Virus record (IMG/VR): IMGVR_UViG_3300012943_000001
Location: 39,743 to 103,742 of that record
Origin: a virus
Taxonomy: Duplodnaviria > Heunggongvirae > Uroviricota > Caudoviricetes
DNA length: 64,000 nt
Reading direction: 5' to 3' (one strand)
The position numbers were made by a program, and so were the translations under genes. Below the pieces are notes generated by a model. That model had not been told where the DNA came from, made no database searches, and was given only the letters and a program-made list of their open reading frames with translations. Below, in pieces: positions 1-10,177 of this stretch (position 1 is the first letter of the stretch; every line of letters begins with the position of its first letter).

Positions 1-1
1 A

Positions 2-127
2 CAACGCGATATGAATAGTGTTAGCGGTCAGGCTTTTGCTCAGAAGGTCAAGTCCTTGTTCATGGAGCTTGTCGAACAAGAGAAGCGTCCGGGCGGCTCG
101 CTTTCTAAAGACAACTTAACGCTATAA
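2..127 (+). CDS. Tail tape measure protein, C-terminal fragment (truncated by window start)
   Basis: Frame 2 reads ...QKVKSLFMELVEQEKRPGGSLSKDNLTL*. The EKRPGG-L ending is typical of lambda-H-like tape measure proteins, and the gene directly precedes gpM/L/K/I/J. Confidence 0.7.
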   Translation, partial: QRDMNSVSGQAFAQKVKSLFMELVEQEKRPGGSLSKDNLTL

Positions 128-161
128 AAATCGCCCCAATCGCGTAGAATGATAGACAGCT

Positions 162-749
162 ATGGGCGACATCATTAGAAAATTCACAATTCCAACTTAT
201 TCAAGCGGAACCGTTTACTCAAAGTATGACGTGGTAAAGGTTACCAGTTCCAATAAGGAATACTACTTTGTGTCGATTCATGAAGGTGGTAACACCAATA
301 ACATCAACACTGGCAATCTTTTAAGTAATAGTTTTTGGAAGAGGTTTGACGATATCAATGTCGATATTAATGATATTTGGACTCCAAGCTATACATCTTC
401 TGTTAATGCGGAGCCTAGGACAAACACTTCTCAACTTGAAGATGGCACTACTCTTATGGGTAATGATGGTATCAATGGGAAAATTATTAGATTCCAGTTA
501 AACTTTGAAAATATTGGAGACAAAGAGGCGTTCAGCCTTCTATGTTTTGCAGACTTTGTAGGGCCAAAACGTGCGTTTAATTGGACAGCTCCATCTCCTT
601 ACGAAAAGCGTCTTAAATTCAATTTGGCGGCTATTAGACATACGTTCGAAAGCAAGAACAGAAACAACGTCAGTATAAGTATCGAAGCTGCCTTCACTAT
701 CTTTGGGGTGGGTGCGGGACAACAAAGTTTCGGTACGTTTGAGAGTTAA
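162..749 (+). CDS. Minor/distal tail protein, lambda gpM-like (copy 1), with N-terminal CBM5/12-like module
   Basis: C-terminal half has gpM-like FNWTAPSP and strand pattern; N-terminus YSKYDVV..YYFVS..FW; sits between tape measure and gpL. Confidence 0.7.
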   Translation: MGDIIRKFTIPTYSSGTVYSKYDVVKVTSSNKEYYFVSIHEGGNTNNINTGNLLSNSFWKRFDDINVDINDIWTPSYTSSVNAEPRTNTSQLEDGTTLMGNDGINGKIIRFQLNFENIGDKEAFSLLCFADFVGPKRAFNWTAPSPYEKRLKFNLAAIRHTFESKNRNNVSISIEAAFTIFGVGAGQQSFGTFES

Positions 750-755
750 GTGTAA
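750..755 (+). promoter_or_regulatory. GTGTAA candidate late-promoter motif (representative; also 7315, 12234, 19854, 33906, 44383, 57360 on +; 21076 and 23921 on -)
   Basis: Same hexamer recurs in short intergenic gaps shortly upstream of starts, mostly of virion-type genes. Confidence 0.55.
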
Positions 756-767
756 CCTATATTAGGT

Positions 768-1289
768 ATGGCAGGTTACATCCAAAATATCTTCATTTCT
801 GGCTACAGCCCAACTCATCCATTTCAAAAGTATGATGTGGTTTCTGGGTCTGGCTGCTATTTTGTGGCCACACAAGACACGTCTGGTCAGCTCGACACAT
901 CTACGTACACGTCGAACACGTATTGGAAGAGATTTGATGAAAGCGGGTTCAACTTCTCTGAGGTATGGACTCCTACGTACCAAACGTCTTTAGCTATCGA
1001 GGTAAAGCCAAGGGCAACCTTTTTTGGAGACGGATATTCTCAAAGGTCCGAAGCCAGCGTCTTTTTCAATCGTCTCAATTACGAAGTTCAATTCAAAGAT
1101 ATAAATAACAGGGAGCTTAAAGGACTTGTAGCATTATTTGAATACAAAGGCGGAGTAGAACCGTTCCAAGCAAATATTCTTCCGTTCTTTTCGGGCAGAA
1201 GGTTTTTAGCTCAGAATTGGACACACGATTACAAATACTTTGATTTGAACGACCTTACGGTGACGTTCCTTGAATACATCGGACAATAA
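768..1289 (+). CDS. Minor/distal tail protein, lambda gpM-like (copy 2)
   Basis: Paralog of 162..749 (KYDVV, YF, YWKRFD, WTPTY shared); FFGDGYSQR is typical of gpM (Phage_min_tail). Confidence 0.75.
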   Translation: MAGYIQNIFISGYSPTHPFQKYDVVSGSGCYFVATQDTSGQLDTSTYTSNTYWKRFDESGFNFSEVWTPTYQTSLAIEVKPRATFFGDGYSQRSEASVFFNRLNYEVQFKDINNRELKGLVALFEYKGGVEPFQANILPFFSGRRFLAQNWTHDYKYFDLNDLTVTFLEYIGQ

Positions 1290-1291
1290 CC

Positions 1292-2230
1292 ATGAAAGAA
1301 TCAATCAATAAAGAAATCCATAAGCTAACTCCTTCTACAATGATAGAGTTGTTTGAGCTTGACACTGGTTCTATCGACGGAAACAGATTACCAGAATCTC
1401 AGAAAATTATTCGTTTTCACAATTACGTTTCTGAGGCGTATCTTCCAATTTATTTTGGCGGAGTAAAGTACAGTCCTATACCTGTCCAGTTCAAGAATAA
1501 CGAGCTTAAAGGCGATGGTACATCTCTTCCAAGACCAAGAATGAACATTGGCAATGCGGATGGCCTTGTATCTTATTATATGGCTCAGGCTGACGGCCTG
1601 ATTGGTGCGAGTCTGCTTAGAAAGCGAACGTTTGCAAGATTTCTTAATGGTGATACGTGGGGCCTGTCTTCTAACCAAAATCCATTTGGAACTCCAGATT
1701 CAGAGGCCGTCCTTTCCGATGATATTTTCTTTATCGACAAGGTTATCATGGAAAACAAGCAGGTCGTTGAATTCGAACTCGCTTCCGCACTTGAGCTTAA
1801 TAAAGTCAAGATTCCAAGAAGACGCATGTTTGCAAACTCTTGTGGACATGAATATCGCAATTCTACGGGTTGTGATTATACAGGTTCTCCTGTGGCTGAT
1901 GTTGCAGACAAGAAGTTTGGTGACCCAGCCGGATACAATCTCACTCTTAATGACGCGGGTCAATGGAATTCTTCCTCTACGTATAACGCGGGAGATTACG
2001 TTTATATCGAGTCTAACTTCTTAAAGGAAGACGGCACCGGCAAGAAGCGTTTCTACTACGTCGCTTTAACTAACGGCATTACAGGTACGGGAGACCGCCC
2101 AGCAATTTCAGACAAGTGGAAATTAGACATGTGTTCTCGTAAAATCAACGGATGTCTATGCAGATTCACGCAAGACAACCTTCCTTTCGGAGCGTTTCCG
2201 GGACTAATCAGAGTTGAATTTGAAGGCTAA
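1292..2230 (+). CDS. Tail tip protein, lambda gpL-like (Fe-S cluster)
   Basis: MIELFELD start, LPRPRMNIGNADG, VEFELASALEL, Cys set NSC..YR..GCDY..DMC..INGC..RF, ends FGAFPG. Confidence 0.92.
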   Translation: MKESINKEIHKLTPSTMIELFELDTGSIDGNRLPESQKIIRFHNYVSEAYLPIYFGGVKYSPIPVQFKNNELKGDGTSLPRPRMNIGNADGLVSYYMAQADGLIGASLLRKRTFARFLNGDTWGLSSNQNPFGTPDSEAVLSDDIFFIDKVIMENKQVVEFELASALELNKVKIPRRRMFANSCGHEYRNSTGCDYTGSPVADVADKKFGDPAGYNLTLNDAGQWNSSSTYNAGDYVYIESNFLKEDGTGKKRFYYVALTNGITGTGDRPAISDKWKLDMCSRKINGCLCRFTQDNLPFGAFPGLIRVEFEG

Positions 2231-2958
2231 TGAATAAATACATCAAAGAACAAGTCAAGGCTCACGCCATGAGAGAGTACCCTAATGAGTGCTGCGGACT
2301 AATTGTAGTCAGCAATGCGGGTGTAGTCACGGTATTCCCATGCAAGAATGAAGCCAAAAACGCAAAAGGTCGCTTTTCAATCGACCCTAGACAAGAAGAC
2401 GAGGCGGAACAATTTGGAGAAATTGTTGCGTTTTATCATAGTCATATGGATGAGGTCGCTGACCCTGCCAGAAACAAGTTTTCTCGCGAAGATTTAGACA
2501 TTGCTTATGAATCTTGTAGGCCAGCTTTACTGTACGTTTACCCTCAAGATGAGTGGCACTATGTAATGCCTGACACTTACGAGCCTGCCCCGCTACATGG
2601 CAGACCGTTCGTTTGGGGAATTTGGGACTGCTATTGCTCTGTACGAGATTGGTTCTTGGTTAATCGCAAAGTCAAACTCCATGACTTTTTTGCCCCTGAA
2701 GAGGGAAATCTAAAAGCAGATTTCGGATACGAAAAGCATATAGCTGAATTAAAATATCTAGAAGAAGTTCCTTTAGAACAACTTGCAGAAGGAGACATCA
2801 TCATATTCAAAATCAATTCTCAGTTCTGCAATCACTCGGCAATTTATTTAGGTCACAACAAGTTCTTCCATCAACCAATTAACAAAATGTCTTCCGTCGC
2901 AACTTTAGACGAAAGGTATTTGAAATACATTGCTAAAACGTTAAGATATAAGGTATGA
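2230..2958 (+). CDS. Tail assembly protein, lambda gpK-like (JAB/MPN + NlpC/P60)
   Basis: YPNECCGL, FYHSH JAB motif, WDCY..VRDWF, NHSAIYLG. Confidence 0.92.
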   Translation: MNKYIKEQVKAHAMREYPNECCGLIVVSNAGVVTVFPCKNEAKNAKGRFSIDPRQEDEAEQFGEIVAFYHSHMDEVADPARNKFSREDLDIAYESCRPALLYVYPQDEWHYVMPDTYEPAPLHGRPFVWGIWDCYCSVRDWFLVNRKVKLHDFFAPEEGNLKADFGYEKHIAELKYLEEVPLEQLAEGDIIIFKINSQFCNHSAIYLGHNKFFHQPINKMSSVATLDERYLKYIAKTLRYKV

Positions 2959-3575
2959 ACCGCATCTTTCTAAAAGGCAGGCTAGGCCAAGAATTTGGCA
3001 AAGTCTGGGAGCTTGACATCAAGACTCCAAAAGAAGCCTTGGTCGCCATTAACGCGAACACGGACGGTAGATTTTTGCGTTATCTAGACGATACGTTCAG
3101 AAATAAAAATATCTCTTACGCTTTTCAGGTTGGAAATTTGACTATCAAAGATAAGGAAGACGTTGCTTTGATGACCGGCCCTTGTGGCAAAGAAGACATT
3201 ATTATCAGACCTGTCATCGGAGGTGCCGCAGGTACGACCGCAGTTATCATTCAAATCGTCGTCGCCGTTGTTTTGGCCGCCGTCTCCGTGGCTCTTGCTC
3301 CAAGCCCTCAAATTGATACGGGCTCCAATAACGATAACGTTAGAAAAGACTCCTACTTGTTCTCTGGTGGTCCTCAGCCAGCTCGTCAAGGTAAGCCTGT
3401 TCCGTTAGGTTACGGAACGATGATTATCTATCCGATTCCAATTTCCGTTCAGTTCGAATACAATACAGCGAACCTTGGTGCTCCTCCTGACGATGCAGAA
3501 GCGGCGTATAACGCTTGGCTTGGCTACATCACACAAAAGAGCTTCGACTCTGCAAGAAAATTGGGATGGAGATAA
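2955..3575 (+). CDS. Tail assembly protein, lambda gpI-like
   Basis: IFLKGRLGQEFG, hydrophobic central segment, SYLFSG..QGKPVPLGYG. Confidence 0.9.
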   Translation: MNRIFLKGRLGQEFGKVWELDIKTPKEALVAINANTDGRFLRYLDDTFRNKNISYAFQVGNLTIKDKEDVALMTGPCGKEDIIIRPVIGGAAGTTAVIIQIVVAVVLAAVSVALAPSPQIDTGSNNDNVRKDSYLFSGGPQPARQGKPVPLGYGTMIIYPIPISVQFEYNTANLGAPPDDAEAAYNAWLGYITQKSFDSARKLGWR

Positions 3576-3579
3576 TTAA

Positions 3580-6500
3580 ATGAAGAGAGCTAAATTACAG
3601 GGATTTAAGGGCGAGACGCCACCAAAACCAATTGAAATCAATGATACGATTCAATCTTCTGGTAAGGCGTATATTGTCGATTTACTTTGCGAAGGAGAAA
3701 TCGAGGATATGGTCGCAATGTATATTGACGAGGCGGAGTACAACACCACGGACTTTCCTACCGTTGACTTCGTTAAGGCTACCAACTTCAGGGCGGGCAA
3801 AAGAAGAACCGCTCAAACAATTCTTGGAAATCGTTTTGCAGGGGCGAAAGTTCCTCTACCAATCCCTCAGTCTAGCCAGTTGAAGAAAACTCGTCCTATA
3901 ACGGTTAACTTCAATTCAAACACCTATCCAGACGCAACGAGCGTACTTGTGAACATGAAGTTCCCTAGTATGCTTAGACAGGTCGCCCCGGGAAATCAAA
4001 GAGGACAATGGGAGGTAGAAGGTGACGTTCGCCAAACAAGAGTTCAGTATCAAATTATTCTTACTGAAAACGGCGTCGCTCGTCCTGCAATTACAGAAGT
4101 TATCGACCAAAAAAGTGGTGGCGGATTTATTTGGTCTACGAGAATTCAGTTGAATCCAGACCCAGCTAGGGCCGTTAATGAATGGAAGATTCGTATTGAA
4201 AGGCAGACGGCAGATTCTACATCTATCAAAATCAGTGATGACACTTTTCTAGATTCTGTCATTATAGAGACGAGCTATTCTTACAACTATCCAAATACGG
4301 CTATTAGCTCGCTCGCCTTGGACGCATTGAACTTCCCTTCTATCGCTCAAAGAGCTTATAAGCTAAAGCTTTTGAAGATTAAGGTTCCGAACGGTTACAC
4401 CCCTACACAATATGATAGCGAAGGAAATGTCACGGCGGCAGCTACATATCCGGGTGTATGGAACGGAACTTTTAGCAGCACTTTGGTGTGGACGGATAAT
4501 CCTGCGTGGATTTTCTATGACCTTCTTACAAATAGGAGGTACGGCCTCGGAGAATTTATCAACGCAGACGCACTTGATAAGTGGACATTGTATTCTATCG
4601 CCAAATATTGCGACGAGTTAGTTGACAAGGGTAATGGAGAGTCTGGGCTTGACGGTCTTGAGCCACGCTTTACCTGTAACTTATTTTTAACTACGACTGA
4701 AGAAGCCTACACGGTCGTCAATAACTTAGCGTCCGTATTTAGAGGTGTCACTTATTGGATGAGCGGAAAAATTTTCCCGGTACAAGACCGTCCGAAAGAA
4801 TCTACTCAACAATTTACGAATGCAAATGTTCTGAACGGTATTTTCAGCTATTCTACGACCGGCAAAGGGCAAAGAAGAACCGTTGCTCAAATTCGTTGGA
4901 ACGACCCGAAAGACTTCTATAGGCCAAAAATTGAATACGTCGAGGATACCGAAGGTGTGATTCGATTTGGCGTTAGAGAGATGGAGGTTGGTGCGTTTGC
5001 ATGTACGAGTCGAGGTCAAGCTTATCGTGTAGGTAAATGGTCTTTACTGTCTGAACGTCTCGAAGCAGAAGTTGTAAACTTCGAAACAGGTATGGACGGT
5101 ACTTACGCAAGGCCGGGCGACGTTATCGAAATCTACGACAATTTCAGAACGATGCAGAAGCAGGGTGGGCGTACGTTAGACATGAATACGAGTAGGACTC
5201 AGGTAGTCTTGGACCGTGCGATTGATTACGATTCCAATCTCGACTACGAGCTTTCTCTTTCTATTCCAAAGGCAAATCGTGACCCGGGCTATACAGGTTC
5301 CGATACATCTCAAACCGTCACTAGCTCTTCCCAGACCGGCGATATCAGAAAATCATTCATTGAAACAAAAGCGGTAACTTCTCTAAGCTTTTCCGGGGAC
5401 TATACTGTGTGCGACGTTGGCGACGCATATTCTGAGCGTTATATCGGAGGTACTTGGGTTGTCCAAGCTCTACATAGCGTCTCAGGCAAGATTCGCGGCT
5501 CTAAGCCATACAGAGTTCTTAATATTCGCGAGACGGAAGAAAAGAATCTCGCAATCAATGCTCTTGAATATAGCCCTGAAAAATTCAACGTCTCAGAGAC
5601 GGGCTTCACGGTAAGAATCTCTCCATCTACGGATTATGGCGAAAACCCAATCAATCCTCCGACATCTCTTTCCGCTTCTCAACAGTTCCAATATCAAAGC
5701 GAAACTTTCAACGGCTATATCCAAGCGTCTTGGACAGCTTCGACTGGTCCATACTTAAGTCACCACGTTGCGTCAGGTAGAAAACTTCCTAGCGGTCTAT
5801 TCACGGGTCTTCTAGTTTACGATAACGGCTCTAAAGCCACAATGACCCCTACCGAAAGTGGCACATATCAAATTCAAGTGGCCGCAGTACAAGTTGGTGG
5901 AGCAATCTCCGCAGCGATAACGGCAAACGTTACATACGGTGCTACAAACCCTCTTGGCTCAACAGTAATCCCTGTCAGCGGTATTGTCCTTGAGAATAGA
6001 AGGGCTGGTTCCCAGACCGAATATGATGAAAGGCAACCTCAGTTTTCATTTCTTTTGTCTCCGACTGGTACAGATGGAACAGACCAACGCAGAGCTTTCT
6101 TATTGGGCGTAGAAACAAGATTCAAGGACATCGCAGGAAATGTATTGTCTGATTGGACCCTTGTGGATGAAGACGCGGTTCTAACTATCCCTTACGACTA
6201 TACGGGTATTTCTGGATGGCCTATGAGGACGGGCACGCTTGAGGTTCGTGCAAGAGACTACTGGAATAACTATTCCGCAAGCAAAACTCTCACATTCGTA
6301 AACCCAGCTCCTCCACTTGCGTCTATGACTGTGGTCTCTAAGACGAAGGACCAGTTCTCCTATATGCTTGAACCTTTGGCTGGTATTCCTACGGATTTCA
6401 GCGGCGTGTATTTTTGGGCAAATACCACAAGTTCAATGCCTCCTACAAGCACGATTAAAAACTCTCTTGCTGGCGAGCTTGTTCATAATCTCAACTCAGA

Positions 6501-7275
6501 TGACGTTTACGCTTGGTGGTCTCTCGCGGACGATTTTCATCCGTCCGGCTTGAATATTAATGGTCCTTATTTGATTGCCGTAGGCTCTTTGGGTTCCGCC
6601 CCAAGCAACTTGACCCTATCTCTAAGCGGAAACTTAGACGAATGGAACAACGAACACTTCACTCTATATTCTACTTGGGACAGAATGGAGAGCGGTGACG
6701 TTCGAGATTACTACATTTATTTGACCGATAACTCTGGTGCGAGATACAATTATGTTGTTCCTCAATCCCCAAGCGGTACGAAACCTTACTTCCACTTCGA
6801 CAGCGTTGTTCCTGATAGAACCTATCAGGCTCAAGTTAGAGGTCGCAATGGAGAAGGAAGAACGACCGCATTATCTGCGTTGACTGCGGGTGTGACCGTA
6901 GGTAAACCAAAGATTCGATTCCTTCAGGTCGAAGGTAAGAGCTATTTCTTCGAGCCTACATATGTAAGAATGTCTAACCAGAACGTTTCCGCTAGTATGA
7001 ACGTTGACTATGGTCAAGGTAACATCATCCGCCTTAACATGACTCATGGTGGAACTGCGGTTCTCGGTGCTCAAAATATTCAATCGGGTTCTACGTACCT
7101 CGTCTATCTTTATAGGCAGGCAAACGCTGGTGGCGTCACCTTCTCTTCCAATTATAAATGGCCAGATGGAGAGCCGCCAGATATTTCTACGTCCGTGGGT
7201 GCCGTAGACGTAATCAGTGCTTTCGCTATAGATAGCAACAACTTATATTGCGTCACGTCTAATAACTTCAGCTAA
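3580..7275 (+). CDS. Central tail fibre / host specificity protein, lambda gpJ-like (1231 aa)
   Basis: LLCEGEIE, WTDNPAWIFYDLLTN.RYGLG, EPRFTCN, FACTSRGQAYRVGKW, FN3-like repeats, C-terminal KWPDGEPP domain. Confidence 0.93.
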   Translation: MKRAKLQGFKGETPPKPIEINDTIQSSGKAYIVDLLCEGEIEDMVAMYIDEAEYNTTDFPTVDFVKATNFRAGKRRTAQTILGNRFAGAKVPLPIPQSSQLKKTRPITVNFNSNTYPDATSVLVNMKFPSMLRQVAPGNQRGQWEVEGDVRQTRVQYQIILTENGVARPAITEVIDQKSGGGFIWSTRIQLNPDPARAVNEWKIRIERQTADSTSIKISDDTFLDSVIIETSYSYNYPNTAISSLALDALNFPSIAQRAYKLKLLKIKVPNGYTPTQYDSEGNVTAAATYPGVWNGTFSSTLVWTDNPAWIFYDLLTNRRYGLGEFINADALDKWTLYSIAKYCDELVDKGNGESGLDGLEPRFTCNLFLTTTEEAYTVVNNLASVFRGVTYWMSGKIFPVQDRPKESTQQFTNANVLNGIFSYSTTGKGQRRTVAQIRWNDPKDFYRPKIEYVEDTEGVIRFGVREMEVGAFACTSRGQAYRVGKWSLLSERLEAEVVNFETGMDGTYARPGDVIEIYDNFRTMQKQGGRTLDMNTSRTQVVLDRAIDYDSNLDYELSLSIPKANRDPGYTGSDTSQTVTSSSQTGDIRKSFIETKAVTSLSFSGDYTVCDVGDAYSERYIGGTWVVQALHSVSGKIRGSKPYRVLNIRETEEKNLAINALEYSPEKFNVSETGFTVRISPSTDYGENPINPPTSLSASQQFQYQSETFNGYIQASWTASTGPYLSHHVASGRKLPSGLFTGLLVYDNGSKATMTPTESGTYQIQVAAVQVGGAISAAITANVTYGATNPLGSTVIPVSGIVLENRRAGSQTEYDERQPQFSFLLSPTGTDGTDQRRAFLLGVETRFKDIAGNVLSDWTLVDEDAVLTIPYDYTGISGWPMRTGTLEVRARDYWNNYSASKTLTFVNPAPPLASMTVVSKTKDQFSYMLEPLAGIPTDFSGVYFWANTTSSMPPTSTIKNSLAGELVHNLNSDDVYAWWSLADDFHPSGLNINGPYLIAVGSLGSAPSNLTLSLSGNLDEWNNEHFTLYSTWDRMESGDVRDYYIYLTDNSGARYNYVVPQSPSGTKPYFHFDSVVPDRTYQAQVRGRNGEGRTTALSALTAGVTVGKPKIRFLQVEGKSYFFEPTYVRMSNQNVSASMNVDYGQGNIIRLNMTHGGTAVLGAQNIQSGSTYLVYLYRQANAGGVTFSSNYKWPDGEPPDISTSVGAVDVISAFAIDSNNLYCVTSNNFS

Positions 7276-7327
7276 ACTTAGTTGATGTAAGCGGTTGAAA
7301 TATACCGCTTAAACGTGTAAATTAGTC

Positions 7328-10177
7328 GTGATTACATATCCAACAATCTTCTTTGGAAACCTTGGAGGTTCCAAGATTAGGGAGGACTTCGACGATTATG
7401 CCGATGGTCGCCTTCCTGTGCATTCACAAATTTGGCAGTATCAAGAACATCAGTGGTTAAATGATACGAATCCAGCTAAGTTTAACGGCTTCACTTGGAA
7501 AGATTACGGCATCAGTGGAGCGTTCGACGAATTCGATAATTATAACGTTGGAAATCTCACGTTAAGCTTCGGTAATCTTCACGGTTCAGGTAACTTTGAT
7601 ACTAACCCTTGGACAGGTTTTAGTGCGGGCTTCTATCGCGATAGAAACGGATACTATACTAGTGCGGACCAACTTCGCGGCTACGGATTTATTTATTTTG
7701 ATTGGGGTGCAAATCCTCCGCTTCCCGGTTACAAGTCTGACTTTTGGGGAACGAAGTTTATTGGCAATTTCATCATTCCTACCTCTGGTGCGTATACTTT
7801 CTACGTAGAAAGGGATGAATGGGCTAGAATCTACGTTGGTAGAGAAGATGGCCCCAACAATCTTATTTTCGATAAGTGGGGTATTAGTCCTCCGCTTATC
7901 GGTGACGAAGCTACGTCTCCAATTACGTTCACACCGGGCATCACAACGATGCTCATCCATTTTTACGAAGACGTTGGAAATGCCAAACTAAAGTTGAGTT
8001 GGTCTGGGCCGGGATTTGGAAAGCGTCCAATGCTTCCTTCTGATTTCGGTAACTCTGGCTATGTTCGTGAGTACGTCGTAAACTACGGCGGACTCGATAT
8101 GGGTTGGGGCAGCATCAACTTTGAAGGTGCTTATCGCTTGGGTATTCCAGAGATTCCTTACGGAAATGACCGCACTCGCCAAGACATGGGATTCAGTGGT
8201 AACTATTCCCTTGGCGTCATCAACATGGGTACGTTTCGTGATAAGTCTCATCAGAATGTTGACCCGCGTGGATTCTACGATGTAGCTTACGTTCACGAGT
8301 TACTTGGAGACAAATCTCGTGTCAATCTATCCCCTCAAGGTCTTTACTATTACAAGTATCAACCCGTCGTTTATAATGAGAAGGTTAACTTGGACCTTAA
8401 CGGTGCAGGCCACTACGCGTTCAAGAACGAGTTCGTTTACCAAAACGAAAAAGTAAGAGAGCTTCTTAACTTTGCGGGTTTCCACATTACGGGAAGAGCA
8501 AATACTGATAGAATCACCGACCGAATCACCAACACGATTCAGAGTAATGGTTTCTATGCGTATCCAATTGTCGCCTCTGACTACAAAGATTTCTCTTACG
8601 ATAGATTGTCATTAGCTGGCAACTATTTCCCAATTTGGGTTTATGCCCCTTATTCTGAACAGAGCATTAACCTTGTTGATTTGGCGGGCTATCACTTTAC
8701 TGGATACATAAACAGTTTCAATGCCGATAAGAGCGTAAATAACATCAATCCTAACGGTCACTACGCCTACGGCATTGTGACTGGAGATATCAAGAACGAC
8801 AAAGCTTACGTTAATCTTCGTAATGAAGGTTTTTACGCGTATAGATACATGACCTGCTACACAAATGAGCAGGTGTCCGACGTTCTTGACCTTAATGGTT
8901 ACTACGCCCCTCGCTACTTGCACCTTCAATACAAAGACGCAGCTTCTACGAGCTTGAATACTGATGGTGCTTACTACAGCAGATTCTTAGACCAAAGATT
9001 TGGAGACAAGTCTCGTAACGAAATCAATCCTTATGGATACTACGCGAGCGGGGCCTTTCATCTACCGCTTAAAGACCATGCAAAAACGGAAATCAATCCT
9101 GTCGGTCACTACGCCACGGGTTATATCCCGTTTACATATTTTGAGAAGACAAAGAACTTGCTTGACCCTCAAGGCAACTATTTCTACGCTATCCTTTCCT
9201 ATCTATACAACGATAAAACCCAAAATGAAGTCGGACTTGAGGGTTACTACCGCTCTATCTATGCGTACTTCATGTACGAGGACCAAGCTCGTGAATTGAT
9301 TCGTATCGACGGTAACTACTACTACAGATACAGTCAGACGAGACAAAAAGACCAAGCCTCTAACGTGCTTGACCCACGTGGATTCTACGCTGACGCAACC
9401 GTTCGCCCATATGGATTAGACTCTGCTCAGAACTCTCTTGATACTGCGGGTAATTACTTCTTCCGCTACGTTTCTGGCGTGACTCAAGAAAAGGTAAGAG
9501 AGTTGATTAACATGGACGGTAACTATTTCTTTAGATACTATCCAGCTTATTCCGTGGATAAAACGTGGCACCTTCAAGGCATGGAAGGTACATATCTACC
9601 AAGGTATCCTATTGCCGAGGCTGCAAACAAAGACCTTTCTTACAACATACTTAATACGGCGGGCCGTTACGACGCAAGGTACTCCAACTTCCATCGTAAG
9701 GATGCCGCGTTCGACAAATTAGACTTGTTCGGCGAATACTACACAACTCGTTTGGGAATTCGTGCGGGAGATAAGGCATGTAACATTCTCACTCCATCTG
9801 GTGAATACTTCTATGGAAGAGTCCCGCTTAATCCTCTTGACCAAGGCTTCAATTATCTTGGCGTAGGTGAGGGTAGCTATTTCTCAAGATTCGTTTCTTT
9901 CTACGCAACTCCACGTACGCAGGCCGCAACCCTTCTTTCTTGTGCGGGCGACTACACCAGAGAGTCTTATGTCATCGTTGATTCTGGAGTCTTGTCCGTG
10001 GACTTCACTTCCGAGTTCGTGTCCTTCGTCGAGCATCAAGACTTGGGCAAGCTATCTGCCGAATTTACAGGTAATTATGTCGCCATGTCCTCCGCTTCCA
10101 CAATGGAGTATTGGTTAGAAATTTACAGACGTTCTGTTTATAATATGAGCAAGACCCAGCAATACTTTGGAATCTAA
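7328..10177 (+). CDS. Putative virion adhesin: PA14 domain followed by about 26 copies of a 23-aa repeat
   Basis: PA14-like GNFIIPTSGAYTFYVERDEWARIYV..IHFYEDVGNAKLKLSWSGP; repeats G-x-Y-x10-D/E-K-x4-L/I-x3; GTG start preceded by GTGTAA motif. Confidence 0.7.
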   Translation: MITYPTIFFGNLGGSKIREDFDDYADGRLPVHSQIWQYQEHQWLNDTNPAKFNGFTWKDYGISGAFDEFDNYNVGNLTLSFGNLHGSGNFDTNPWTGFSAGFYRDRNGYYTSADQLRGYGFIYFDWGANPPLPGYKSDFWGTKFIGNFIIPTSGAYTFYVERDEWARIYVGREDGPNNLIFDKWGISPPLIGDEATSPITFTPGITTMLIHFYEDVGNAKLKLSWSGPGFGKRPMLPSDFGNSGYVREYVVNYGGLDMGWGSINFEGAYRLGIPEIPYGNDRTRQDMGFSGNYSLGVINMGTFRDKSHQNVDPRGFYDVAYVHELLGDKSRVNLSPQGLYYYKYQPVVYNEKVNLDLNGAGHYAFKNEFVYQNEKVRELLNFAGFHITGRANTDRITDRITNTIQSNGFYAYPIVASDYKDFSYDRLSLAGNYFPIWVYAPYSEQSINLVDLAGYHFTGYINSFNADKSVNNINPNGHYAYGIVTGDIKNDKAYVNLRNEGFYAYRYMTCYTNEQVSDVLDLNGYYAPRYLHLQYKDAASTSLNTDGAYYSRFLDQRFGDKSRNEINPYGYYASGAFHLPLKDHAKTEINPVGHYATGYIPFTYFEKTKNLLDPQGNYFYAILSYLYNDKTQNEVGLEGYYRSIYAYFMYEDQARELIRIDGNYYYRYSQTRQKDQASNVLDPRGFYADATVRPYGLDSAQNSLDTAGNYFFRYVSGVTQEKVRELINMDGNYFFRYYPAYSVDKTWHLQGMEGTYLPRYPIAEAANKDLSYNILNTAGRYDARYSNFHRKDAAFDKLDLFGEYYTTRLGIRAGDKACNILTPSGEYFYGRVPLNPLDQGFNYLGVGEGSYFSRFVSFYATPRTQAATLLSCAGDYTRESYVIVDSGVLSVDFTSEFVSFVEHQDLGKLSAEFTGNYVAMSSASTMEYWLEIYRRSVYNMSKTQQYFGI

